Source of the DNA: Eledone cirrhosa
Taxonomy: Eukaryota
Assembly (NCBI GenBank): GCA_964016885.1
Contig: OZ024740.1
Span: forward strand, 221,092,001-221,156,000
Reading direction: 5' to 3'
DNA length: 64,000 bases
The translations under genes and the position numbers were made by a program. Shown piece by piece: positions 17,142 to 30,820 of the stretch (its first letter is position 1; each line of letters begins with the position of its first letter). Below the pieces are notes generated by a model. That model did not search any database. It was not told where the DNA came from and worked only from the letters and a program-made list of their open reading frames with translations.

Positions 17142-20100
17142 GTATAATTATTATACTAGGAAATGACTCCTTATCAATTAAAAAAAATAAACATTAAAAA
17201 ATCCCAGCAATTTTATTACTTGTCAGACAATATTGCAAGTAAAATTAAAATTTGTTTAAACATCCATTGTGGATCATTGATTTTTGATTTAGGCACAAGG
17301 CCAAAATTTTGGTGAGCATAGCTAACCTCAGTGCGAATTGAACACAGAACATAAAGGGTCATAACTATATGATGCAAAGCATGTCGTACAAAACCAACAA
17401 CTCAGTCAATCCACTGCCCTTCAAGTATGTGTAAATAATATCTATGTAATTTTATGATGTAATTTTAATCTGCCCCAAACCACTTCTGTTTCTATGGAAC
17501 AAAGCCACCCATTTTAAATGATTCGATATAAAATTAAAATCTTCCACCATAATTTTATATAAGAATCTTTTGTTATGTTAGTAATACCATCTTAATAATT
17601 GAATTTTAGTAAATCCTTCCAAATATCTCAGTAATTATTTCAATTAGTGAGACTTTTATTAGAAATATGGTAATGAAAGTGTTAACTTCAGGGAAGGCTA
17701 AAATTGAGTTACATAATTCTACAAAAGCTCATTAGGAACGAAGTCAAATAAAATTGTAACAACTAGGAAAACAAAACAAAGAATTAACCCTGATTTACAG
17801 AAGGTGTAATAGTTGAGACCGATGGGTGCCAATAGAATAGAATTTGTATTGTAATAAACACAGTATGGATATTGATATGATAAAAAACTACAATTAGTAG
17901 TATACACTACACATCCAGTCAGTGATTTTGCCTAATTATTACTCTATGCTCATATTTTGCTACATGATAAGAGAGAGAGTGACCGGCCTCAATAGCATGA
18001 TTCTCCACTTTCAACAGTATGAGTCTTCCCTCCCACTCCATACACACTATCATGACAAGTATGGCCAGCCAAGACTACTACAACCTGTCAGTCTACCTTA
18101 AGCTATTCCTCTCCTTCTAGGAATTCATACAATTTAAACAATCTTAAAGCCTTCCATAAGTTGTGACCTCTTCCTACCACTGTGAGACTTGGCCCTTCAT
18201 TCAGACAAATAAATCCATAACTGCACTGTAAGCTGTTCGCTAATTTCTTTCACCACATTATGAACATTGTTAATATTATGGTGACATTTGGGCCATAGAG
18301 AGGGTCACCCAACTAGGAGATCAGTGACTCTAAATACAATTCTGCATGCGAGAGATGTGCACAGTACACACCACAGTCAAGCCAACTTATCTAAGGGAGC
18401 AGTAACTTTGAATACTAACTAACAATGCAGTGTAGAAGGGTGTGCCAGCACTACTATTAGGTTAACTAGGCAGCAGCCTAAAGCACAAACCATATCTTAG
18501 AGTGATGAATTACTGAACTTTACCCTTTTGTTACCAGCTCTGGTTCTCTGAAATAAATCCACCCAATTTTAAAGGTTTCCAATTTAAATTAAAATCTTCC
18601 AACATATTTTTATATAAGAACCTTACATTAAGTTACTATCTTAGTAATGGAATAATTAATAATTTTAGTAAATCCCTCAAAATTCTTCATTAATTAATTG
18701 AAATAGAGTCTATTTCCTAAGAAATGCAATCATTCATGAAAAGGTTAAGGATTGCAGTTTTATACAAATTTGTATAATCAACTTAAATATATAATAATTT
18801 CCATCGACCAATAAATGAATCACTAAACATCTTTGCCATGTAGCATTTTGTATGGATATGCAAAGTGACAAACTGGTAGAGAGGGTTGTATGGTGTTATG
18901 ACTTGTAATATGGTTTGGTATGAGTGAATATGAACTGTGTATTAGAAAATGTAGGCTTAATAGTGTTGTCAGAGCAAGAAGTGTCGAAATCTAGGTTTGT
19001 CAGCTTAACAAATAAAGTTGAGATTGTTTAATTTATAAGAATGGGAACATAACTGTTAAAATGGTGTACACATTGTAGGTCTAACCTGGGACGTTCACTA
19101 CCCAAGCATTGGCCCTGGTAGACAGCACACTTTAGTCCTCACAGACACCTAAGAGAAAACTCTCCTATTCTCTTAAGTGGTTGGTAATAGGAAGAGTTTT
19201 CAGTCAATAAACCAATGCCAAAACCACGAGTTACAAATACATTTATCAAATTTTATAGAGATGACAACAACAAGAAAATCAATTAATAAGGATAATAACA
19301 AAAGTGATTATAATGATGATGATGATAATGTTATCTGTTTTGAGAAGTCTAAATGTAATGATGAATTGATGAGAGATGTCTGTTACTGAGAATTGGTGAA
19401 AGTAATGAGTAGAAAGCTGACATACAATACAGTTAAGTGCAGGCTACAATACTAAATATGGTGAACCAAAAATAGTTTTTGATCAACTAAAATTATAACC
19501 ATAATGAGAAGAAAAATTCATTAACATTAATGAACATTTATTCTCATAAGAGTGAAGGGAGAGAACTCAATCGATCAGAAATTAGATTAGATTATGCAGG
19601 TGGGAATGGAGGTGAGGTGGTGTGGGGCAGCTAGTCAGCATATTGGACTGATCATCTGTATCAAAATAGAGAGAACAGGTGTTGAATGAAGAGGAGAGAA
19701 GAGAAAAGAGACAAAGAGAAGTGAGAGAGAGAAAAAAGAAATGAAGTAAAAGAGAGAAAAATAAATTAATATGATTAATTAAAGAAATTAAAGATGAGAG
19801 GATGAGTGATTCTGAAGTGGGGGAGGGAGGAGGTAGAGAGAAATAGAATGAGAGAAAAAGAGAGAAAGAAGTTGAAGAAATAATGAAGAGAAGGAGAGAG
19901 AAGATGGAAAGGGCAGAAAAGATGATAAAAAGAGAAGATGAAGGATAAAGGGGAGAAATATGGTGCAATGAAGGGAAGTGAGGGGGAAGATATCATTTAT
20001 ACTGAAGGTCAGTTTAATTTCAATCTCAGACACAAATATAAGCCTTTCCTTTCCAAGTGAATTGCCTCTAATACAATTTTATTGACTACTATTAAAAGAT

Positions 20101-20206
20101 TATCTTCATTTCTGATCCTGTCTGCAGCCTGGCTTGCATTGTTGGTTACTTAATACAACAGATTAGACCTTGCAGTCAATTAATCTAAAAATATATTAAT
20201 TCAATG

Positions 20207-20240
<34 letters not shown>

Positions 20241-20819
20241 TAGATAGAGTGTGTGTACAGACAGACATATAGATAGATAGCTAGAGTGTGTGTATAGATA
20301 GATAGATAGATAGAGTGTGTACAGGCAGCGATATATATAAAGAGAGGAAGGAGAAGAGAGATAAAAAAAGAGAAATAAAAAAGAAGAAAAAAATATGAAA
20401 AATGAGAAAGCAGTGGTGAGGAAAGAAAACGAAAAAGATGAAAGCAAAGCAATGCAGTGGTTCATATTTGGAGAAGAGGTTAAGTGATGAAGATATCATT
20501 TTAAGCCAACAACAACAAAATAATAAATAAATGAATAAATATAAAAATGAAATAAAAAGCTAAAATTTCTGATTTTCTGATATAAATATAGCAACTTATA
20601 AAAGTGAGAGCAATGCAATAGCTGGAGAATCACTTGACCACTTAACAAATGATTACATAATATTAATTTATGATATCATTGTATTGATATAAATTTGATA
20701 TTTTTATGTTATATGAATTCAGTACAGAATGGTGTACATACATATATATATATATATACAGATACAGACACATATGGATATTGTACTAGCATTGTAATAA
20801 CATCGTTCTCTTGTTACAG

Positions 20820-20859
20820 ATGGAAATGTTACACTGCTATGAAGAGGAGACAAAAACAA
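20820..20859 (+). CDS. Candidate 40-nt exon of an unidentified host gene
   Basis: ttctcttgttacag acceptor and AA|gtaagc donor; two open frames (MEMLHCYEEETKT or WKCYTAMKRRQKQ). Confidence 0.4.
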
Positions 20860-21104
20860 GTAAGCGCTTTATAGAAGATGGATCTTATTGCATCTAAACA
20901 GCTAGAAGGATAAATAGATATTCGAACCAAGCATCAATTTTCGGAAACTCATTAAGTAAATACCAAACATACTGTTAAACAATACCACTGTGAATAATAA
21001 CAAATGGAGTGGGGAAATAGGACACCACATGGCTTCTTAACTTGTTAGATATAGCAGCCAAATAACTTTCTGCCAAAAGAAGGACACAGAATGTCATTAT
21101 GTGA

Positions 21105-21282
21105 ATTGGCAGTATTGGTAGAGTGTCAGACACCATGCTTTGCAGTATAGAGTTATGGCCCTTTACGTTCTGAGTTCAAATCCCGCCGAGGTTAACTTTG
21201 TCTTTCATCCTTTTGGGGTCGATAAAATAAAGCACCAGTAATGCACTGGGGTAACTGATGGCCTTGTAACAAAAGTAGAAAA
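21105..21282 (+). mobile_element. Deu/Nin-type tRNA SINE
   Basis: Homologous to 2205-2379. Confidence 0.85.
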
Positions 21283-22174
21283 ATGATGTATATATAAATA
21301 TATATGATAGGTATAAATTGAAGTTTTAGCTGTTGCACAGCAAGTACTATTTGATTTGTTTGAGGCAATCACAAAACACTCAATGGAGCAAAAGTTAAAA
21401 ACATTAGCTCCAGTGTAAACACAACAGTTATAAAGTGTGACACCAAGAAAACCAACCAAAGGCACTGGCCATACATATAACATAACACAATAGATACAGA
21501 AAGGTTTAAACTATATATATATATATATATATTTAAAAAAAAGGCAAACACAGAGATACAATACAATTAATATTATTGGGTACATGCTTAGATGAAAGGT
21601 AGAGAAAAAAAAGAGTTCAACATATCGGGATTTAGCTGTTTCTCAGGAGATACAGTTTAAATATATATATATATAATCCTCCTCATGATCACCATTTTAT
21701 GTGTGTTCTAAGTGGTTATAGACCGGATGGGTTATCATATTCTGAGATGAGACAGGTCTGATGGCCATGTCTTGCTCATAAGTTCCAGCTTGACATGGTT
21801 TCTACAACTGAATGCCTTTCCTAATGTCAACCACTTTTCAGTGTATACTGGTGTTGTTTCATCATGTCAAGAGCACTACCACTTTGTAGAAAGGGTTGGG
21901 TGCATTTTATCATGGCACCAGCACTACCACTTTACAAAATGGTCCTGGCATATCTATTGTGTCAAGTACCATGCAGAGTGGGGACATTTTGAGGCAATGA
22001 TTTACAGCTGAACACCCTTCCTGACAAAAGCCCTATGAGCCACTTCTTACAATGTTCAGGGATATGGTGTACTACCTATTCTAAACTGGACACATACAAT
22101 TACAGACACACACACATATATATAACTTGCCTAACCCATGCAGGCATGGAAAAATGAATGTAGAAATGACTATA

Positions 22175-22211
<37 letters not shown>

Positions 22212-22254
22212 AACCTTTATTTGTCTGCCTCTGTTTTGTTCCCGTCTAAATTTG

Positions 22255-22329
<75 letters not shown>

Positions 22330-22716
22330 TATATATGCACAGACACCACACACATATATATGCACAGACACCACACAGCCTAGACACTTGTTTTTTCTTA
22401 CAGTAACTATATAGAATGGTAACCATGAAGTGGATAAGATAGTTCAAACAGCCACTTGCTACACTACCTAGGTATTTAGGACAGTGCTTTGAAAAGATTT
22501 TTACGCACAGGTGACACATTTTAAAAATATAATATTTCATGATATACTAATTAGTTTTGTTAGCTACAAAAAATAAATAAAACACAAATATTGTATTATG
22601 TGCCTCCTCTAATTCTAAACAAAGTTGTCAGATCTCAAATATGCTTCGCAGGTAAAATACCTTATATAAATTCACCAGATTTCACTTAATTTTGCAACAC
22701 ACTGAAAGATTATAGC

Positions 22717-23070
22717 GTAAAGACCCTCCCCTCGGAGGCACATGTCTGATCAAGGTGTTTTTGTGGAAACCAGCAGTCGCCCATGCATACTAGTCACCCC
22801 TTTCCACACCAGTGATGTTGTCCAAAGGAAAGGCAATGGCTGATACAGCTTGGTACCAATGTGATGTCACTGGCACCAAGCTATATTGGTGTTTGATTTT
22901 TTCCCTGAAGGACATCCGACATTAGTATTGTGGGGAGGGGAGATAAGTATGCATGGGCAACTGTTGCTCTTCCACAAAAACACCTTGCCTGGGCTTCTAC
23001 CTTAGAGAGGAACTTTCTAGGTACAAAACCCATGGTCATTTGTGACCAAAGGGGGTCTTTACCTTTTTTA
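22717..23070. mobile_element. Two partial CORE-type SINE bodies in inverted (fold-back) orientation
   Basis: gtaaagaccctc...cagcttggtacca followed by tggcaccaagct...ggtctttacc. Confidence 0.65.
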
Positions 23071-23179
23071 CTCTTTACTCTTATATTATTACATTAACAA
23101 GACATGATCTACAGACCTTTCTATCTAGGAGGATAGATAATTCCAGCGTCAATAAAAATAAAGTACCAGTCAAGTAAAA

Positions 23180-23505
23180 GTAGGTAAAGACCCTCACTTC
23201 AGTCCCAAATGACCATGGGATCTGCATCTAGAAAGTTCCATTCTGAGGCACAAGTTCAGGCAAGATGTTTTTGTAGAACTTCAGCCCATGCCTACCTCTC
23301 TCCCCTCTCCATATCACCGATGTTGTCCAAGGGAAAGGCAAAGGTCAAAATAGCTTGGCAACAATGATGTCGCAACCAAGTTCTACAGCTGAGTGAACTG
23401 GAGTAACATGAAATAAAGTGTCTTACTCAAGGACACAACACATCACTCAGTCTGTGAATCGGACTCACAACCTCATAATTGTGAATCCGATGCTCTAACC
23501 ACTAA
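23180..23505 (-). mobile_element. CORE-type tRNA SINE, near full length
   Basis: Ends gctctaaccactaag (reverse A box); aaataaagtgtcttactcaaggacacaacac core. Confidence 0.8.
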
Positions 23506-23724
23506 GTACTAAGGTTGATATAATTGATTGGCCCCTCTCAGCAAAATTGCTGGACAGGTGCCTAAATTAGAAACCATTATTAAGCAAGTTTTTGAAGCAT
23601 AACTGAACATAAAGGTTCTTATATAAATTTGTGAAAGATATTAATTTAAGCCTGAACATTTTCAAACAAAAGTTTATATAGCACAGAACTTGAAGTGGTC
23701 TGAGATAGATTAACTTGAATAATT

Positions 23725-24218
23725 TTAACCTTTTTAGTGCCAGTGTCATTTTTGCTATTTTACTGCCTCAGGCCAGGGTCATATAATAATTTTAGCATTT
23801 TCAAAAAAAAAAAAAAGTTAAAAATAAGATAAAAGATATATTTTGATTAAATTTGCCTTATTTTCTTTGTATCAATACTTTACAAGTGAAACTAAAATGA
23901 ACCAGTATGTTTTTTGTATACAAGCAGTAGGAGATAGAAGATGTATCGGTGTATTTTTGGTATATATGAGGTGGGAGCTAAAAGATATACCAGTGTGTCT
24001 TTGGTATACAAGAAGTGAGAGATAAAAGACATACCAATATTCTTTTGGTACACAACAGGTAGAAGATAGATGTCTTTGATACACAAGGAATGTGAAATAA
24101 CCGTTATGGTTTTGGTACACAAGAGGTTGGAGATAGAAGATGTACCAGTATGTCTTTGGTATACAAGAAACTGGAGATAAGAGATTTACCAGTATATTTT
24201 TGGCACTCAAAGAGTTAA
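23725..24218. mobile_element. MITE with TTAA ends (piggyBac-like) and internal ~40-bp degenerate tandem repeats
   Basis: ttaacctttttagtgcca ... tggcactcaaagagttaa; repeated taccagtatgtctttggtatacaaga-like units. Confidence 0.65.
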
Positions 24219-25085
24219 TAAATCAATATTTACGTTAACTTTCCTACAATGTGCAGCAGTAACATCGTTTGTTTTACTACGCAATGATTCTATCTTGTAG
24301 GACTTCAAACTCAGGGGTGTGTTCACTATAATAGCTACATAAAAAAAAAAACCAAAATCTTATGAGTTGAGGGAGTGCCTAAGGAGTCATTTACCTTCAG
24401 ACAAAACAAACAAATTTACCAAAAACCTTACCATAACATCTATATAGAGGAAGAATATATTCAATACATGAGTTGGATGCATGCAAGGTTTCACAGCTTT
24501 AGCATCACTCAGTCATAATCAGCCTATGAACTTTTCAGCCCACCGTCGTAGTCTGAGATAAATTATATTTGAAACAAAAAACAAATTGGATGGTCATGGT
24601 TGGAATACATTTGATAATAGATCTGCTTCATCAGGATTAATTTAGGGGCTAAGCAGCAACAACAATGTATGATTGAATCAGCCAGTGAGAGATCCTCTAC
24701 ATGGTTATCACCTGCTAGAAATAGCAGCAAAATATCTCTCAAAGCATGCCTTACCATCTAAAAAAATGGAATATAGTGGAAATGTAGTTGTAGATACACC
24801 CTCTCTGAATAAAAGACAGGATGGTTAAAGCTGGATTGCCTTTGATTACAGGTCTGATGAATCAATGCTGATTCGGGTCTAAAAAAACAACTTTATAATT
24901 CAACATTTCATGATATGATAATTGCTGGCCTCCAAGAAACTCCATTCCATGCTAGAATGATAAGCGGAAATGTTCCCATACATGCAAGCACAAACATTCA
25001 TACACACATGTTTACAATAATAGCATTTCCATGTAAATAGCAATCAAATCAAATATTTTTAACATCTGCATTCCCTGCTATACAA

Positions 25086-25313
25086 TCTCTCTATATAAAA
25101 ACAAAAATGTCTGTCTGTTTGTCTGTATACAGGTGATGCATTTCCATCTGATTGTGTTCAAATTAGATACATAAGTTATTTAGCTCCCGGAGCATGCCAA
25201 CATATAGTTTAGATCTTTCTTTCCCCTACAACAACAGAGTTCTGGGGCTATTTAAAGACGGCCATGTTACAGTGGCAAAAGGTGTGCCTGGCAACAACAG
25301 GCTCTTTTGCTAG
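25086..25313 (+). mobile_element. Short non-autonomous Helitron-like element
   Basis: Starts tc..tatataaaa..tgtctgtctg; ends gcctggcaacaacaggc hairpin + ctag, mirroring the termini of the 53559-57116 Helitron. Confidence 0.55.
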
Positions 25314-25717
25314 ATAAACAAAGGAAATATGTTTGGAACGCAGTAAGCAAAGTTTTAGAACTTAAATAGAAATAGAAGCTAAATCCTAATTCTATTCTAT
25401 TATAAATTGAGCCAACTTATGCAGCTTCATATGCAAATGAGATTAATCACCTCATTTACACAGACGAGAAAACTATATATACTCGACTGTTTTCAAGTCC
25501 AGCAGTCGCAAGTGCAGGAAGGATCGTCCCGATGATAACCAGTTCAGTTCGAAATGCATCAACGATTGTCCCCCTTGCTTCTGCTGAACCCTACTGTTTT
25601 TTTTGCATAGCTATGGCTTTCTACATGTTTACCTGTAAACATACTGTGTTTCTTGAGAAATACGAAATTTCTATACATATTTGTATACAACTATGCCTGA
25701 AGCTAAATCCTAATTCT

Positions 25718-25766
<49 letters not shown>

Positions 25767-25926
25767 ATAAAATATAGGGAGGAGTGTGGGACAGCGTCCA
25801 GAATATATTTTTCTATCCCATTAGTAAAATAAGTTGGATTACTTTGAATAAATAATGAATGAATATTACATAATTTTTGTACTAAATTTCGTAGCTGTTG
25901 ATTTAACATAAATATTATTATATATA

Positions 25927-26096
25927 ATTGTTTCTTCTTTTGGCACAAGGCCAGCAATTACCCAGTACATTACTGGTACTTTATTTTATCGACCACGTAA
26001 GGATGAAAGGCAAAGTTAACCTCAACGGGATTTGAACTCAGAATGGCAAGGGCCGTAACTGTCTGCGTCAAAGCATGGCGTCCGACCCTCTACCGA
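25927..26096 (-). mobile_element. Deu/Nin-type tRNA SINE
   Basis: Homologous to 16576-16758; flanked by attattatatataat direct repeat. Confidence 0.85.
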
Positions 26097-26527
26097 TTAT
26101 TATATATAATGATTGCTTATTTTAAGATTCACTTCTTTTAAAATTTTTATAAAATCGCTTATGTAAACGTCCATATATTTGCATCGTTATATAAACTTTA
26201 TATTTCTGACACTAATTTTCTCCTTTTTTCGTTTTCATTACATTTCACCGTAATGCAGTTTATATATAATATCGTCTTTATAAAATGTATCATGGATTAC
26301 TTTACTGATTACAGAAGAGAGTGTAACACAGTCTCTCTTCAATTTCCGTGTATATTGTCAATTACGATTTTATTTGACATATATCTACATGCATATAATA
26401 TCAATATGCGCATTACACATGCTTGCAGAAAAAAACCCGAAAGATGGTTTTTCTGCTAGTACATATAATTGTTGATTTTATTTGTTATAAACAATATATA
26501 TATATACATATGCACTTACATTGACAC

Positions 26528-26560
<33 letters not shown>

Positions 26561-26843
26561 TACATAGATATCCTCATCATCATTGTTTTTACACCTGCTT
26601 TTCCATACTTTTTTCCACACATCACGATCCGTTGTCATCGTCTGTGAGTCTCAGTGATTTGTGTATATATATATATATATATTATATATTATATATATAT
26701 ATATATATATAAATATATATATACACACACACATCATACATAAATATGCACACACACACACATATACATATATATACACACACATATATATACACACACA
26801 CATATATACACACACATACATATATACACACACATACATATAT

Positions 26844-26879
<36 letters not shown>

Positions 26880-28184
26880 TTACATACATATTTTTAAAGG
26901 AGAGAGATGAAGAACAAAGAGTTTATAAGGTAATCAGATAGAAATCAACGATGAGATGCATTTACTAGATAACTTACAATATCTTTCCCAACTTTCTCAT
27001 CTCATTATTGACTCTGTAATGGCATCATTAGTGCAATCTTAGCTAATTATACCGTTATTTAATTGATAATTGTAATTACATTTGATTACATTACAATGAT
27101 AAATTATTTTCTAGATTATTTTGAAACAGGGTAATTTTACTGAAGGAACACAAAGTATGGCATATCTAGTTATTGGTTTAAGATTGAAGTCTTTGTAATA
27201 TTAAAAAAGTACTTCACATGATTAGGCTTATATTGCCATAAAAAAGGTTTGGGAATCATCAAAAAAATTATTAAACATTAACTGATGAAAAATTATGCTT
27301 TCTGATTTAGGCAGAAGGCCGACAATTTGAGGGGAGGGGAAAGTCGATTAAATCGATCTCAGTGAGTTACTGGTATTTTATTTTATTGACCCTGTAAGGG
27401 CAAAAGGCAAAGCTAACAGGCATGATTTGAATTTAGAAAGTAAAGGGATGTAATTATATGCCACATGTTGTCCAATGCTTTACCAATACTGCCAATCCAC
27501 CATCCTTACTAATGAAAACATAAAATACAATTTCTTTTCTGAGAGAGATATATATGGCAGGGAATTGCCAGAGTTGTTAAGGCTTAACGGAAAATGCTTT
27601 GCAGTATTTCTTCCAGCTCCTTACATTCTGAACACTAATCCTTCCACAGCCAGTTTTACCTTTTGATAAAATAAAGTACCAGTTGATGGTTAGGATTGGT
27701 GGAATTGTTAGAACATTGAACGAGATGTTCTGTGATATTTATTCCTACTGTTTATACTCTGAGTTCAAATTCAGTTGTGGTCTACTTAGGTAGATTTAAT
27801 TTAATACCATCACTTTTTCTCTTGGGTGACTTTAGTGGAATTCAGTTATAAGCATTTTGGGTCAGGTTTTTGATTGAGAATAATTCCTACCCACAAGCAC
27901 TGGTTGAAAAAGTTCATGAATGCTATTTTTTCCTCTGTGACTAAACAGTAAAGAAATATGTTTAATCTGTTACCTGTGGTGTCTTTTTTTAAGGTTAGTT
28001 AACATTATGTTTATCCAACAAATCATGTTTTGCCCTATTTCTCTCCGATCTCTACAGATTACCAGAATCCAATGCTTGTATTTAACTATGATGAACACTT
28101 CACTTGTTACATATGCTTCTGCCTGTTATTCACATAGAGAAACCATTTGTTGCCTTCAGAGGTGCCAATTCATGAATTTATTTC

Positions 28185-28378
28185 CAGGGCCAGTGCTACC
28201 GTTAGGCAAATTAAATAGCCACCTTGAGTGTAGACCTCAGAGGAACACAAAACTGGCTCTTAAGGAGAGCAGAACAAACTTGTTTTTGAAAAACAACACT
28301 AGCAATTGTGTGTGTGATGGTGCCCTAAGCAAGTAGTTGTACTTGCTTAGGGTACAAAATAGTCTGGCACCAGCCCTG
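28185..28378. mobile_element. hAT-like MITE
   Basis: TIR cagggccagtgcta / tggcaccagccctg; imperfect 8-bp TSD tttatttc / ctcatttc. Confidence 0.65.
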
Positions 28379-29545
28379 CTCATTTCACATATTCCTTATT
28401 CAAGTTACTCTTATTTCCTTACATGCAAAACCTAGCTCTAAATAGGCAATATAAAGCAATGCTTTATAGAATTTTGAAGATTGTTTGAAATCAGCATAGT
28501 AATAATAGCTACATTATCTTGCAGGTGAGATTGCATTATTTTAGAATGTAGTAATAGTTGGTGCATGTTTGTGATAGAGAAGTCATTATTATTATAAAAA
28601 TCATTATTATTATTATTATTGCTGTTTTTTTCTTTTATCACTCAGCATTTTATTGTTATTCTGCCGGTATTGGATTTCTAGATATCAAGCTGCATCTTGC
28701 AGCTTTAGCTATCTAGCACGTTCCTTATGGTTCTTATTTTCAAGCTGTCTAAAAAGTCAGGAAATTCACCTCTATATTCAACATTCTCAACCACCTATTT
28801 AAACTTCTTGCCTCTGTCCCTGATCCTATTACAATTGGGAAGATAACAACTTTTACTGCAATTCTAGATTCTCTGTATTTTGTATTTTAAGTCTTGGTAC
28901 TACTACTACTACTACTACTACTTCTATGTTTACTTAAGACTCCAAGTCTAATATGAAAGGGAATGGCATAATTAGGCATGACAAGATAGCAGTAACTCTA
29001 AAATGCTTTCTCGTGATATATCAACAATTTTAAAATGATTAAAAGAAGAAATTCTTAAGAGATTTTCTGTCGGACATTATAAAAAGGAAAACATTCAAAT
29101 TAGGTCTCCCTTAATCTGTTATGTGATATATAAATGTATTTAGTTCATCTGAAAGTTTCTGAGATTAGATTTGTAAGTTAAACTTGTACCTTGAGCCATG
29201 TTGCTTCATTGTTAACTTTGGAAAGTGAACAGAAAATCTTATATCACACATACATAAATACACATCAGACAAACATTTTCAATGTAAAGTTGTATTGAGC
29301 ATGTCTATGTTTTTATACCACAAATAGATTATATACACACACATCATCATCATCATCGTTTTAACATCTGCTTTCCCTGCTAGCAAGGGTTGGACAGGTC
29401 TACATAGAGCAAGTCAGTACTGAAGCAGAGATGCTGATCTCCCAGACAGGCCAGGGATCTGTGTCTTGCTTTATGTACAGTCGACGCTTCACTGAGTGCA
29501 CAGGAGAGGTTCTCTTGTGGCAAGATTTCTACAGCAGATGCCCTT

Positions 29546-29580
<35 letters not shown>

Positions 29581-30019
29581 ATTATCCACATTGTTTTTTA
29601 TGCCTGCATTTCTATACTGGCATGGGTTGAATGAGATTTGTTTAGGCAATATCTTACAATCAGTTGAAATTCCTGATGCCAAACTTTGCTTGTTTTATTA
29701 TTAATATTATTTATTTTAAAACTTTTTATTTAATATGGTACTTTTTCAACTGATAATGTCCAGATAATGTATTAGTGAGCTGCAAGACATTATCTGGGAC
29801 ATGAAACAGGACCAGATATATAAATAGTGTCAATATAAGTACACACAGAAAGAAATGCACACACACACAATGATTCCTATCACTGGAAAAGTGGTGATGG
29901 TTCTCTCATGAGTTGTGGCAACTTATAGATGGTATCAGCAATGGCATAAAACAATGGCTATATACTTTCCTGAGTCTGATCTGATAATTGACTTCTTTCC
30001 TTTCCTATATAGACAGAAA

Positions 30020-30250
30020 AACCAAGTTGCCAGTAGTCATTAAAGAGAATCAAACTCTGCATCTCTTAAATGCCAGCCAGACGTGTTAACCACTACACTA
30101 AGTAGAAAAAAAACTATTAAATATAGTTCTTAATTTGGACAGAAAAAGTTGTCAGCTACCACTTAGCATAGTGGTTAACATGCACAGCAGGAATTCAAGA
30201 GATACAGTGTTTGATTCTCTGTAGTGGTTGCTGGCCACACATTTTTCTGT
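30020..30250. mobile_element. Back-to-back pair of degenerate tRNA-like short elements (minus 30020-30102, plus 30155-30250)
   Basis: acttagcatagtggttaaca...gtttgattctc A/B boxes on both strands, each followed by a T-run; a similar unit lies at ~63870-63960. Confidence 0.6.
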
Positions 30251-30449
30251 CGCCAACGGTATTTTACCCAATTTTCTAATGCTATTATTACTGGAGCAAC
30301 TGTGTTTGAACTCCGACTTTTTTTGAATTTCAAATTATCCAAAAGCATCGATAAAAATTGAATCATGTCTGTCTGTGTGTCAGTGCACTCATGAGATGAA
30401 TGAGTTAAAACGAAGGAAGTGGGATGTCTCTCCAAAGAAGAATGAACTA

Positions 30450-30482
<33 letters not shown>

Positions 30483-30820
30483 AATGGTTTTCTGAAGAGC
30501 AACAAAAGGGAAACAGTTAAATAAGGTACTCAATACATCAGTAGAGAAGATACATATTTGTTTCATATAATAATTACATGGGTTGGATGAGATATTTTTG
30601 AGGCAGTATTCTACAGTCAGATGTCTTTACTTTTTTATTTTTGGAGGAGAATATGTAAGATACAATATTAACAAAAACTATATATATATCCTAATGAATA
30701 TATTGGCACGGTCTTTATAGCTGGGTGTCCTTAATGCCAACAACTTTACAAAGTGTATATTTATATATATATATATATGATAGAGCCATTATAAAATGCA
30801 GTGTGTAACATGGTAATGGG

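Noticed and set aside
30014-30435. Candidate exon (plus) and 86-aa ORF (minus)
   Set aside because: Both overlap antisense tRNA-like repeat heads
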